A stretch of DNA of 63,930 nucleotides, filler included, from an uncultured Ignavibacteriales bacterium (GTDB lineage Bacteria; Zixibacteria; MSB-5A5; GN15; JAAZOE01), in NCBI GenBank assembly GCA_964611355.1. It is 5 parts of 5 records of this genome, joined end to end, with 100 filler letters (N's around TTAATTAATTAA, not from the genome) between each part and the next. Parts side by side here need not be neighbours in the genome. Positions count along the whole stretch, not along the records: positions 31,322 to 46,121 come from CAZSYD010000054.1; 4 more parts are not named here. One strand, given 5' to 3'. The notes under the pieces are model-generated. The model worked only from the letters and a program-made list of their open reading frames with translations. It was not told where the DNA came from and searched no databases. How positions within the stretch are numbered: the first letter of the stretch is position 1; each line of letters starts with the position of its first letter. Shown here one piece after another: positions 31,329 to 41,469 of the stretch. The position numbers and the translations under genes are program-made.

Positions 31329-33470
31329 TTATTTTTGAATTAATATATCAATCGATGAGTTCTGTCCATTCAGGATAATTGTCGGGGCGGATTTGGCGCC
31401 GGTGTATTCGCCGATGCTGACATTACCGCTGACGGTTATGACCATCGGGAGGTCGCTTTCAATCTCGCCGCCCGAGGTTTGCGCCGATATGTTATAAATT
31501 ACCGGCCTGGGCAGCTCTATGGTGATATCGCCGAAGGTGGTCGAAACCTCGCAGTCGTCATCCTGCCCCAGGAATAGCCGCACCAATTCCACGGAACCGT
31601 TCTGATTGTTAATCCGGAAGGGGCCTTTGAGATTTTCCCCGGAAATCGTGCCGAAAGTCGTTCGCACGGTCGAAGCGCCGCTAATATCAACCAAATCCAC
31701 CGAGGCGTTTTTGTTATTGATGACAACGTCGCCCTTTATGGAGGAGAGATAGACCGGGCCAAACTGATTGGAAACGATGACGCCGCCTCCGGCATTTGAG
31801 ACCGAGACGGAAGCGTTGCTGTTATCGATCTGCACCGGGCCGCCGACGGTTTTCAGAGAAACCTCGCCGAAGCTGTTGTCAATCGTTACTTTGCTCTGAG
31901 CGTTCTCAATTGTTATAGGACCGTTAGACGAGGCTATTTGAACGTCCTTTTTTACACCGTCAATATAGGTCGGGGCGAAGCTGTTGGCCACCTCGAGACA
32001 GCCGCCGACGCCGGTGATCTCCATTTGGGCGTTGGCGTTTCGGGCAACAACGTCGCCGGTGACATTTTCAATCCGCACCTGGCCGAAAGAATTGGTCAGA
32101 TTCAACTCGCCGTCGATATCGTAAATTTCGATTTCACCGTTACTGGAATGAATCTCGGCATCACCCTTGTGACGATGGATCATAACGACTCCGGAATTGC
32201 TGATCTGAAGGGAGCCGGACGATTTTTTCACGGTTATCGGAGCGTAACTGTTGGCAAGTTTCATTTCGCCGTCGATATCTGCCGCCTCGATGGGCGCGAA
32301 AGAATTGCTTACCTGAAGCGCCCCGCTGACTTCCTCCATATAAATCGGGCCGGTGGAATTGCCGATGGTTACATCACCGTCAATTCGCTGGACATCGATA
32401 GAGGCGAAATTAGATTTTATCGTTAATCGGTTTTGTAAATCGCTTATGCTTACCGGCCCGAATGAATTTTCGATCTCTACCGGGTTTGAGCGCGGCAGGG
32501 AAACCTCCAGTTTCGAGGCGATAATATTGGCCGTTTTTTCTTTATCTTTCGGGTAAATTACTTCAATGGTTATTAAATCGTCTTTGTGGCTGGTGACCAT
32601 CCGGATTTCCTCAGCCAGGTTACGGCTTTTTTTCGAGCTTTCGGAATAGTTGACAGTCAGTTCGGTCTCGACGCTGGAGCGATTCCATGTCTCAACTTCG
32701 ACGGCGCCTATGTGGTTGTTCAGCTCTATGATTATGTCATCATTGTCCACCGTCACCACGCTGGATTGCGTCAGGGAGGCGTCAAGATCCAGGGCGCTGA
32801 ATTTGCTGTCATACCGAGACGAATAGGGCAGCGCAGGCACAGAAGGGACATCGGGTACTTCTAAAGAGAGACGGATTTTCTCCGCTTCCTGCAGGGCCTT
32901 TTCAGCTTGGTGCATGGCTTGATTGATGATTTGGGTGAGGGTTTCGGCGTCGAGGATTTCCCGGTATCTTTCGTCGGAGAACTGGTCGTCAAGCTCTTCC
33001 CCTATATCCTTGAGGTCGTCCTCAAAAGCCCGCAGCCGCCGCAGGTATTTGCGCTGTGAACGGGAATCGATTTCTTCCGTTTCCCCTTTGATCTCATCGA
33101 GCTTGTCGAGAACCTCCTCCATTTGGTCCATTACTTCTTGGTGATATTCTTCGGAATATTCCTCGCGCAGCGTTTGGCGGAATTCCTTTATAGCGTCGGC
33201 CATTCCCGATAAGGACACCTGCCCGAATTCCTCGAAGAAGATATCGAACTCATCAAGCACCGCTTCCAGTTCATCTATCAGATCAACGAGGTTTTCTCCG
33301 AAAACTGTTGCGGCCTCATCAACAGGTTTTTCGTTTTGCTCTTCGTCTTCAGTGTAGTTGTCCGGCACCGGTGGCGCGGCAAGCAAAGGCGATCCCAGGG
33401 TAAGCAGGAAGAGAATAATTGAGACGGTCAGGAATTTAATGGCGCTCATTTTGGCAGGCGGGTTAATCAT
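31329..33470 (-). CDS. DUF4097-like beta-repeat secreted protein with acidic coiled-coil
   Basis: Signal peptide; ~22-aa repeats with NSFG/NSNG-type turns. Confidence 0.85.
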   Translation of the reverse strand: MINPPAKMSAIKFLTVSIILFLLTLGSPLLAAPPVPDNYTEDEEQNEKPVDEAATVFGENLVDLIDELEAVLDEFDIFFEEFGQVSLSGMADAIKEFRQTLREEYSEEYHQEVMDQMEEVLDKLDEIKGETEEIDSRSQRKYLRRLRAFEDDLKDIGEELDDQFSDERYREILDAETLTQIINQAMHQAEKALQEAEKIRLSLEVPDVPSVPALPYSSRYDSKFSALDLDASLTQSSVVTVDNDDIIIELNNHIGAVEVETWNRSSVETELTVNYSESSKKSRNLAEEIRMVTSHKDDLITIEVIYPKDKEKTANIIASKLEVSLPRSNPVEIENSFGPVSISDLQNRLTIKSNFASIDVQRIDGDVTIGNSTGPIYMEEVSGALQVSNSFAPIEAADIDGEMKLANSYAPITVKKSSGSLQISNSGVVMIHRHKGDAEIHSSNGEIEIYDIDGELNLTNSFGQVRIENVTGDVVARNANAQMEITGVGGCLEVANSFAPTYIDGVKKDVQIASSNGPITIENAQSKVTIDNSFGEVSLKTVGGPVQIDNSNASVSVSNAGGGVIVSNQFGPVYLSSIKGDVVINNKNASVDLVDISGASTVRTTFGTISGENLKGPFRINNQNGSVELVRLFLGQDDDCEVSTTFGDITIELPRPVIYNISAQTSGGEIESDLPMVITVSGNVSIGEYTGAKSAPTIILNGQNSSIDILIQK

Positions 33471-34161
33471 AGATGCCGCCTTTTTGAATGAAAGAAGAAC
33501 CGCTGGCCCGGTAAGCGGGTCTTTCGGCGTTGACAGTCCCGATACGACGATAAATGGCGATTTTATGCGCGTAGGTCGTTGCCAGTTGAGTTTTTATCCG
33601 GCGATTTTCCGGAAAGCGGTCGAGGGCCGATTTTATCATTTTTATTTTTTGATTCAGCGCCTGTACCTGGTTCAGGTAATAATCGCGAACCTCCGGGGGG
33701 AACATATTACCATTGGCCATCATATACAACGATAAATATTCGATATTTGAGTTGAACTCTTCAGCCCGGGCTAACTCGCCTGTGGGGTAACCGTCGTTTT
33801 CAACCTTCGCGCCCGGCAGCAGGCACAAAAAGGTTATCAGGAGACAACTTGTGAACATGCCGGCCAGATTAATTCTCCAGGCCGAAGAAGCGCGATTATT
33901 GGAGGGGAGACCTTCATCACCCCATGGATGCTCGTCGAGTTTCAGCGAGATTCTTTCCCAGAGACAGGGGGCAGGAGTGTCCGGTTCGAGCTTATGAGAG
34001 CTTTTCTTCAAGCGTTTGTAAAACGCAAGTTCCTCCCGGCAATTTCGACATTTGGCCAGATGAGCCCGAATCCGGGCTTCGTCTTTGGCTGATAAAGGCG
34101 CGTCAATCCTGTCCGATAGAAGCCGTTTGACTCGGCGGCATTTGCCGCCCAATGCGAACAT
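33463..34161 (-). CDS. Zinc-binding (zf-HC2) anti-sigma factor
   Basis: HLAKCRNC (HxxxCxxC), one TM; ATG 34161 with GGAGG, 2 bp after the sigma stop. Confidence 0.88.
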   Translation of the reverse strand: MFALGGKCRRVKRLLSDRIDAPLSAKDEARIRAHLAKCRNCREELAFYKRLKKSSHKLEPDTPAPCLWERISLKLDEHPWGDEGLPSNNRASSAWRINLAGMFTSCLLITFLCLLPGAKVENDGYPTGELARAEEFNSNIEYLSLYMMANGNMFPPEVRDYYLNQVQALNQKIKMIKSALDRFPENRRIKTQLATTYAHKIAIYRRIGTVNAERPAYRASGSSFIQKGGIYD

Positions 34162-34163
34162 GT

Positions 34164-34760
34164 TTATACCTCCCGGCCGGTGAGTATCCGGCGCAGCATT
34201 GCTCTCGCTTTGAAGAGTTGGGACTTGGAAGTCCCTTCGGCCAGTTTCAGTTGCTCGGCGATTTCTTTGTGGTTGAAACCTTCGATTTCGTGCAGAATGA
34301 AAACAACCCGGCAACCTTGCGGAAGTTTTTGAATGGCGTTTTCCAATTTTCGTTTCAGAATCAGTTTTTTCTGATCCGGCTCCGTTGCGCCGCAGTTGCC
34401 GTCGTTCAAATCTTCGAAGGCGCCCTTTTTTCTGCGGAGATGTTCCAGACCGACATTTATGCAGATGCGATATAGCCAACTGGAAAGGGTTGATCGTCCG
34501 GCAAAAAGGTCGATTTTCTGATAAGCGCGGATAAAAGCTTCCTGAACGACATCTTCCGCGTCCGCCGCCGCTCCGGTTAACCGGAGGGTCAGGTTATACA
34601 GGGCGCGGATATTATGATCGTAAACTTCCTTGAATAAAGACCGATTGCCGGCGGCAATCGCTTTTGCGGTCTGAAGATCCTCCGCGTAACTCGGCCCGGA
34701 AGCTCCGATAATTTCAGAGCCGTTTACCCCTATAGCTGATTCCCGTATACCCATTTTCAA
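34164..34760 (-). CDS. ECF sigma factor
   Basis: DAEDVVQEAF, SWLYRI, EGFNHKEIA...GTSKSQLFKAR. Confidence 0.95.
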   Translation of the reverse strand: MKMGIRESAIGVNGSEIIGASGPSYAEDLQTAKAIAAGNRSLFKEVYDHNIRALYNLTLRLTGAAADAEDVVQEAFIRAYQKIDLFAGRSTLSSWLYRICINVGLEHLRRKKGAFEDLNDGNCGATEPDQKKLILKRKLENAIQKLPQGCRVVFILHEIEGFNHKEIAEQLKLAEGTSKSQLFKARAMLRRILTGREV

Positions 34761-35127
34761 TCGCCTTTTCTTATTTTAGGACGCCTGAGACGGCCCAAGC
34801 GTTGCCGTTCACAACTATAATTTACGATTTTTTACCCCCTTGGTTTCATCTGGGAACTTGACAATGAAACCGAATTGAGTATATTACAATCTGTGGCAAA
34901 AAGTTATTGCCGCTATCAGTTTACCCGCCGCCGGACATATGCAGGGTTGATTCCTGACCGGAATTGCAAGGTATGCAGAGGATTTACCACAGGCAGGCCT
35001 CAGCGGATGATCGATCCGATTTCAAGAACGCCGTCCGCCCTTTTGTGTGTACGGTAACTTGTTGGTTTATAACAACAAAGGACATTTTATAAGTCCCCAC
35101 CGTTAATGACAGGCCGAAGAGGTTATT

Positions 35128-35143
35128 CGGCATAACAGTTGCG
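35128..35143 (+). promoter_or_regulatory. Putative sigma54 -24/-12 promoter
   Basis: CGGCATAACAGTTGCG (GG-N10-GC) ~40 bp before ATG 35182; IHF-like motif near 35055. Confidence 0.5.
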
Positions 35144-35181
35144 CCAAGAGCGTTTGAATTATTATAGCCCGGGGACTCAGT

Positions 35182-37938
35182 ATGAGCAGGAAAATATCGC
35201 TATGCCTTGCAATCGCTTTCCTGATGGTCATGGTTTTTTCCGTGGCCGAAGGAAGCGGTCTTTTGCCGGGGGATGATCCGAGTCAATTCAGAAAAAGCCT
35301 TCATCCCGATTTCTCCGGCAGGACTCAGGCCGGAACAATCGTAGTTCCTGATCTTTTGCCTTCGGCGATCGCCATGGCCGCCAAGGCGAACTTTAATGAT
35401 CTTCTTATATCCGAAACAGTCGGGCCGGCCAATTTTGACCAGGACAAGGCGGATATTACCGGTTTGAGAGGCGGCCGTATGGCGGCAGTCTGGGAAGACG
35501 ACCGGTTTGGCGCGGTGGCGATTTTCCTGCAGCTTTTTGATAACAACGGCGGCCCGATCGGAGCCAACACTCCGCTGGTTTTTGGCCAGGATTACAATCT
35601 GTCCGATCCGGTGATCTGCGCTGATACTTTGGGCAGTTTCTATGTCGTCTGGCGGGAAGATGTCAACGGTTTTTTGCAGGCGGCGCGTTTTGATTCGCTG
35701 GCCGATCCTCTTACCGAAGTATTTTTCATCTCCGATACCGTTTTTTCAAGTTACGTGGGCGAGTTTGATGCTGCCTGTATACCTGACGGAAAACTGGTCG
35801 TCGCCTGGGAAAACTATACAATCGGCAGCGAAATAGCTTTTCGGATATTTGATACTGACGGAAGCTCTCTTACTTCCGTAATAACCGCCAACAGCGACGG
35901 TTCTCTTAATCAGCACTGGTCTCCGGAGGTCGTCGTCGGTACAAATAATGATATTGCGCTGGTCTGGGAGGATTACCGCAACAGCGACGCCGATATCTAT
36001 TTCCGGCTTTTCAATTCCTCCGGCGCAGCCTATGCGTCTGAGTTCCGCCTTTCCGACGAATCGGCTCGTGACTATGCCCGATATATGCCGTCGCTGGCTT
36101 ATAGTTCTATCGACGGCTACATAGCCGGTTGGACTGACCTTCGCGAGGGCCAGAATCTTTACCTGCAGCGGATTGATGCATCCGGGATATTGAACGGCGC
36201 CAATATTTTCCTGAGCGGTGAAACTTCACAACATTCCAACTGGGAGCTGGATCTGACGGTCAATTCTCTCGGTTGCCTGGTTGCCATCTGGACGCTTTAC
36301 GGAACAGATAATTCGATAATGATGCAGCGGTTTTCCCCCGGCGTTCTTATGGACGGTTCGGCTCAGGTTGTTTCGGACGCCGTGGAAGACCGGAGATTTA
36401 ATCCGGCGGCAGCCGGCGGTTGGACCGGAAATATCGGGGTCGTCTGGACCGATTTGATCACCGGCTCGATAGATATCTTCGGCGCTTTCCATACCAACAC
36501 CGGAACCGTTTTGCAGTTCCCATTTGTCGTCAACGACGACACCGCCGGCAGTCCTTCTATCGAAGCGGACGTGGCCGGTTTTAATCGGTTTGAATGGTCG
36601 ATTGTCTTTACCGATCTGCGCCGCGATGCAGGTGATATCATGCTTCAGCGGGTTTACGTCGGCGGAGAATTGCTCGGCGGTAATCGGCGTATCAACGCCG
36701 ACGATGTCGGCGGATATCAATCGCAGCCGGCCGTTGCCGCGGGAGCCGGTAAGCTGTGCATAGGCTGGACGGATGATCGCAGCGATACTATCGGCGGCCA
36801 GAATATCTTCTGCCGTTTTTCGTGTCCCACCTACGAGTTGACTCCGGAGATTGTGGTTAATGATGATTATGCCGGTTCGGTTTCGCATTACGAATCGGAC
36901 TGCGCTATAGATGATGATGGCGTTGCGCTGGTTGTCTGGACGGATACCCGGTCGGGGAATGCCAAAATCTACGGACAGCTTTTTAACGGCGACAATGACA
37001 AGCTTGGCGATAATTTCCTGATCGGCCCGGACGCCCCGGCAAAAATCGGCGGCGCACCGGTTGTCCTTGTGCATAACTCGCAGTCATTCGTCGTAGCCTA
37101 TCTGAATCGGCTCGACCATACTGTTGAAGTCAAAAAGGTCAGCGCCGAGGGGTTGGTTACCGATGCTTTTACGTTTACTTCCGACCGGACCGGGTTCCAG
37201 ATTGACGGTTTTGACGCCGCTATCGGGTCCGGCGACTTGATATATATAATCTGGCACGCTTTTAATGCCGGTCAAACCGATCTTTTCCTGACTTCCTTTA
37301 ATTCTTCCGGTACGATTCAGTCGATCACGCAGGCGATTACCGACGACATGCAGGCTGATCCGGATATGCCGGATATTGCCGCCAATCAGCAGGGTTATCT
37401 GTTGATAACCTGGCTGGACAGTCGCACCGGGCGGAAAACGCCTTTTCGCCAGATATTTGACCCTGCCCTTCTGCCCATCCAGGGTAACCAGCCGGCCTGC
37501 GCTTCGGCGGCCCCGTATATGCAGTCGCCGGTTGTGGCGGCCAATTTCGGACGAGGAATCTTTGTCTGGTCGGATGCCCGTTCCAACGGTTTGAACGTTT
37601 ATGCTTCGCAGTTGCTTTTTTCGCCCACTTCCGCCGACGATGATAGCGGCCACCTGCCGTCGATATTTGGGCTTAAGCAGAACTACCCCAACCCGTTCAA
37701 CCCGTCGACGATCATAGATTTCACGTTGCCGAAGACCGGCCATATCAAAATTGAAGTAATTAACCTGCTGGGGCAGAAGGTGCGAACGGTTATTGATGGG
37801 GTTTGCCCGGCGGGCAGTCACAGTATAACCTGGGACGGCACGTCCGACGACGGCAAAAAAGTCGCTTCGGGGGTTTACTTCTATCGAATGGAAAGCGACG
37901 GCTTCAATCAAACGCGAAAAATGATTTTAATGAAATAG
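35182..37938 (+). CDS. Large secreted beta-repeat protein with FlgD-Ig/T9SS-type C-terminal domain
   Basis: Signal peptide; recurring VWxDxR..DIY units; LKQNYPNPFNPST...WDG...SGVYFYR...KMILMK tail. Confidence 0.9.
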   Translation: MSRKISLCLAIAFLMVMVFSVAEGSGLLPGDDPSQFRKSLHPDFSGRTQAGTIVVPDLLPSAIAMAAKANFNDLLISETVGPANFDQDKADITGLRGGRMAAVWEDDRFGAVAIFLQLFDNNGGPIGANTPLVFGQDYNLSDPVICADTLGSFYVVWREDVNGFLQAARFDSLADPLTEVFFISDTVFSSYVGEFDAACIPDGKLVVAWENYTIGSEIAFRIFDTDGSSLTSVITANSDGSLNQHWSPEVVVGTNNDIALVWEDYRNSDADIYFRLFNSSGAAYASEFRLSDESARDYARYMPSLAYSSIDGYIAGWTDLREGQNLYLQRIDASGILNGANIFLSGETSQHSNWELDLTVNSLGCLVAIWTLYGTDNSIMMQRFSPGVLMDGSAQVVSDAVEDRRFNPAAAGGWTGNIGVVWTDLITGSIDIFGAFHTNTGTVLQFPFVVNDDTAGSPSIEADVAGFNRFEWSIVFTDLRRDAGDIMLQRVYVGGELLGGNRRINADDVGGYQSQPAVAAGAGKLCIGWTDDRSDTIGGQNIFCRFSCPTYELTPEIVVNDDYAGSVSHYESDCAIDDDGVALVVWTDTRSGNAKIYGQLFNGDNDKLGDNFLIGPDAPAKIGGAPVVLVHNSQSFVVAYLNRLDHTVEVKKVSAEGLVTDAFTFTSDRTGFQIDGFDAAIGSGDLIYIIWHAFNAGQTDLFLTSFNSSGTIQSITQAITDDMQADPDMPDIAANQQGYLLITWLDSRTGRKTPFRQIFDPALLPIQGNQPACASAAPYMQSPVVAANFGRGIFVWSDARSNGLNVYASQLLFSPTSADDDSGHLPSIFGLKQNYPNPFNPSTIIDFTLPKTGHIKIEVINLLGQKVRTVIDGVCPAGSHSITWDGTSDDGKKVASGVYFYRMESDGFNQTRKMILMK

Positions 37939-37955
37939 ACCGTGTCGGATATATT

Positions 37956-39410
37956 ATGGCGCTTCTTTTACGCCTGACTCTTACAGTCTGCCTGATAATT
38001 TTTACCGGCGGCGGTCTCGCCGCTATTGATTGGCCGATAGACCCTCCTGACCAGTCTCACCCTATAGGGAACTCATACGGCGAATTCCAGTGTTATGGCG
38101 GTTCGCCTTATATGCATCCCGGCATTGATATAATGGCTCCGGCGGGAACGCCGGTGTACGCGATCAAATCCGGTTATGTCAAAGCGGTTTTGACCATCTA
38201 TGCTGATCTTCACTGGCGGGTGGCTATCGGCGATTCGGCGGGCGCCGCCGAATGTGACGGCTGGTTGTATGCTCATCTGGACAAACTTACCATACCGGTC
38301 AATGAGGGTGACTGGGTTGAAGAAGGCCAGTATATCGGTGATCTCGTTCAATGGCCGGTGGCCGGATTCCATCATCTGCACTTTGTCAAGATTCGCCATT
38401 CCGGCCTGGTCTGGGACTCGGACTGGGAATTTATCGACAATCCTCTGGATGAACTCAATGTTATCGACGATCCCGACGCTCCGGTCTTTGAGATGGCTTA
38501 TGGCAATCAGAAATTCGCCTTTTGTCGGAACGTATCGGCGGACTATTTCCAGGAAGGCGAACTGCTTGAAGGCGGCGTGGATATTGTATGCCGGGTGTAT
38601 GATTATATCAATCACTATGACTGGAAATTGACCCCGCACCGGATAGAATATATGATCGACGGAGATTCGGCCGTTCCCTGGACTAACTCGGTTTGCTTCA
38701 CCGGTCTTCTCGATTATGACCACAATGTTGAAGTCATTTATCAAGTGAACGGCGCATTGCAGTCACGGGGCGATTATAATTCCCGCGTATTTTACTTCAA
38801 CGCGACCAATACTGACGGCGATTCGATCATAGAAGCAAGCGACCGGCCGAACTGTTGGGAGACGGCCAATTTTCACAACGGATCGTACACCGTCTATATC
38901 AGGGCGTACGACAGGGCCGGGAATTCCACGATTGACTCGATGGATGTTTACCTGGGCAATTTCTTTTCTCTGTCCGGCCATATATTCTGCGGGGATGGCG
39001 ATCCCGATTCGTCAGGATCGGTCGTAACCGTTCTTTCCGGCGGGATAAGCGACACAACGGATTCTTCGGGCTATTTTTCCCTTCCGCTGGTCGGCGGAGG
39101 AAGCCAGGCGATAGAAATAAGCCGAGTCGGATACGAAACAGGGGATACGGTATTAATGATGAACCGAAATGGGCAGTTGGAACTGATGCTTGCCCCCAAC
39201 TACATTGTCGGGGACGCCAACCATGACAGCGAGATAAACCTTGGCGACGTCGTTTATCTGGTTAATTATGTATTCAAGGAAGGCCCTTCGCCGATTCCCT
39301 TCTATTCAGGTAACGCCAATTCGGACGGGATGGTGAACCTTGGCGATGCCGTTTATCTGGTAAATTATATTTTTAGAGACGGTCCTGCGCCGGTATCATT
39401 TAAAAATTAA
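37956..39410 (+). CDS. M23 metallopeptidase with Ig-like domains and dockerin-like tail
   Basis: HPGID, YAHL, HLHF; GDANHDSEINLGDVVYL / GNANSDGMVNLGDAVYL; start moved to MALLLRL. Confidence 0.88.
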   Translation: MALLLRLTLTVCLIIFTGGGLAAIDWPIDPPDQSHPIGNSYGEFQCYGGSPYMHPGIDIMAPAGTPVYAIKSGYVKAVLTIYADLHWRVAIGDSAGAAECDGWLYAHLDKLTIPVNEGDWVEEGQYIGDLVQWPVAGFHHLHFVKIRHSGLVWDSDWEFIDNPLDELNVIDDPDAPVFEMAYGNQKFAFCRNVSADYFQEGELLEGGVDIVCRVYDYINHYDWKLTPHRIEYMIDGDSAVPWTNSVCFTGLLDYDHNVEVIYQVNGALQSRGDYNSRVFYFNATNTDGDSIIEASDRPNCWETANFHNGSYTVYIRAYDRAGNSTIDSMDVYLGNFFSLSGHIFCGDGDPDSSGSVVTVLSGGISDTTDSSGYFSLPLVGGGSQAIEISRVGYETGDTVLMMNRNGQLELMLAPNYIVGDANHDSEINLGDVVYLVNYVFKEGPSPIPFYSGNANSDGMVNLGDAVYLVNYIFRDGPAPVSFKN

Positions 39411-40140
39411 ACCACTTATAAACAAAAATCGCTGAAAAATCCTGAATGAAATGGGCCAAAATCCCGGGCCAGAGTGAGCGGGTTATAATATACAATCCGC
39501 AGAACATCATGCCATAAGCGAATATCAGGATAAACCCGCCCCATCCCTGATAGATATGTCCCGTGGCAAAAGCAACGGTTGACAACAAAACCGGAAATAA
39601 CCACCCGCCGCGCGTAATACGCTGAACGCGTGTCAGAATAAACCCGCGAAAAGCAGTCTCTTCACAAACAGCAGCCGTGATCGAAACGGCGAGCCACCAC
39701 CAGACCGACTGGCCTGCCTGATCGACAATCAAATCAACATTTTTATTAACGGTTAAACCAACGCCGGCCAGAAATACCTGTAAGCCGAGCAAAACAAGGT
39801 TGGAAGCGACGATAAAAAGAACTGCCCGCGGGAGGTCGATCAGTTTTGGGCGCACCAGACCGACCGAAGGGAAACCGGTCTTTTCGCGCCATAAAACCAG
39901 CGCAACGGCCGCAAAAATCAGCCACTCGATTATAATTGTCGGGAGGTATATGTAGAGAACGGGATCCATCAAGTCGAAATTGATCTCGTATTCCCCGGGG
40001 AGCAAAAACATAATATTCAAACCGGGCCAGGCCAAAACCAGGAAGGCAAGCAGGATAAATGTACCCGCCCGTAACGGCGCCCGTTCCGATTCGGGTTGGC
40101 GGGTTTCGGTCGGTTGAATTTTCGCGTCGTATTCATTCAT
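39400..40140 (-). CDS. CPBP (CAAX/Abi) intramembrane metalloprotease
   Basis: EETAFRG, FATGHIYQG, HFIQD. Confidence 0.92.
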   Translation of the reverse strand: MNEYDAKIQPTETRQPESERAPLRAGTFILLAFLVLAWPGLNIMFLLPGEYEINFDLMDPVLYIYLPTIIIEWLIFAAVALVLWREKTGFPSVGLVRPKLIDLPRAVLFIVASNLVLLGLQVFLAGVGLTVNKNVDLIVDQAGQSVWWWLAVSITAAVCEETAFRGFILTRVQRITRGGWLFPVLLSTVAFATGHIYQGWGGFILIFAYGMMFCGLYIITRSLWPGILAHFIQDFSAIFVYKWFNF

Positions 40141-40359
40141 GATAATTCGATTCCCGGCGATAATCCCAGCTAACTAATTATACTATGTTGATCGGATAGT
40201 CAACGGATTCTATTCAGCCGTCAGTCTTTTAATTTGTGAGTCATTATGATCCTGCGGCCGAAGCCCCAAAGCAACTGATTTACTTGCGATTCCCTAATGA
40301 TAGACATGCCGGGCCGCTCGATTTATTATTAGCGCGACCGTTTTATCGGAGTAGATAAT

Positions 40360-40866
40360 ATGGGGAAAGAACGGATTATTTATCAGGAGTGGATTGTCGC
40401 CCTGGGGCGGGACCCGTCCGTGCCCTGGCAGGAGGCCGCCTCGTCAGGAGGGTCTTACGATACGGCTATTATTACCGCGGTCGGTAAAGCGCTGAGCAGC
40501 CTGTCCGAAGAAGAAGCCGCTTTTATCCGGTTGTTTTATTTCCAGGGCTTGGGGTACCGGGAAATCAGCGAAAAGACCAACCGTGAAATCTATCGACTGG
40601 AAGCGCTTCACGAGAGCGCCGTTCGAAAATTAAAAACCCGTTTGCGCCGGTTCCTGGAAAACAGGTTTGATATTTCTTCTCCCGTAAAATACCCGGACTG
40701 CCCGCTCTGCAATCACCCCGAGCGAGAGGAGATAGACCGTCTGATACGTACAAAAACGGCTGCTGAAACGTGGAAAAGAATTATCAAAACGCTGCGCGAC
40801 AAATATGGTCTCAGTATCGTCATGCCGCAGCGTTTGATCGGCCACAGGAAATATCATATGATTTGA
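40360..40866 (+). CDS. Sigma70 region-4-like HTH protein with C-terminal CxxC...HxxxH domain
   Basis: LSEEEAAFIRLFYFQGLGYREIS...AVRKLK; CPLCNHPEREEID...HRKYH. Confidence 0.78.
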   Translation: MGKERIIYQEWIVALGRDPSVPWQEAASSGGSYDTAIITAVGKALSSLSEEEAAFIRLFYFQGLGYREISEKTNREIYRLEALHESAVRKLKTRLRRFLENRFDISSPVKYPDCPLCNHPEREEIDRLIRTKTAAETWKRIIKTLRDKYGLSIVMPQRLIGHRKYHMI

Positions 40867-40880
40867 AAGGAGAGAAACCG

Positions 40881-41123
40881 ATGGATGCAATTAAGAAGCT
40901 GCGCGGCGAACACTGCCTTAATATTTTTGTTTCGCATGAGCTGAAGTCGCGGCTGACCGAGCTGGCCCAAAAGTATGACCGGACCACCGCCGATATCGTA
41001 CGCGCGGTGTTGAAAATAGGTATCCCGATGATGGAAGGAATAAGCCGGGCCGAGGAGATAATGATGAAAGAATATATTGAGCTTTTCCGCAAATTGCGCC
41101 AGGTTCGCCGGCTGAAAGATTAG
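40881..41123 (+). CDS. CopG-like ribbon-helix-helix protein
   Basis: AAGGAG RBS; LNIFVSHELKSRLTELAQKYDRTTADIVRAVL. Confidence 0.8.
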   Translation: MDAIKKLRGEHCLNIFVSHELKSRLTELAQKYDRTTADIVRAVLKIGIPMMEGISRAEEIMMKEYIELFRKLRQVRRLKD

Positions 41124-41189
41124 TCTGTTACCGAACAAGGAGTTGCATGGGTTGTCAACAACCTGTCCACCAAAAGTAAACAAGCCTGT

Positions 41190-41237
41190 CCACAATATAG
41201 AGGGCCCTGGCGTGGATTATTATACAATATATTGCGT
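41190..41237. promoter_or_regulatory. Tandem NrdR boxes
   Basis: CCACAATATAGAGGGC (41190-41205) and ATACAATATATTGCGT (41222-41237), 32 bp apart, upstream of thyX-nrdJ. Confidence 0.8.
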
Positions 41238-41469
41238 TTTTTTTGGAATTTTTTATTTTTTTGTTTGACAGCGTTGTGTAACAGAGTTTACCTTCTCGCC
41301 TGCCTGATCAACGCTGAAAGGTTTGATTCGGGGTCTGGCAAGAGTAAATTGATACATTTTCAAGACCTTGAAAGTCGGGTGGACAAGGCTGTCTGCTGAG
41401 GGGAAGAACCGGCGACAGGCAAAAATGTGACGGAAAAATGACGGTATAAATCGCGAAATTGGGTATATT

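Noticed and set aside
34162..34479. N-terminal extension of the anti-sigma ORF
   Set aside because: Overlaps the sigma gene out of frame; better start at 34161
34875..35050. Possible riboswitch or ncRNA
   Set aside because: No aptamer motif or convincing pairing recognised
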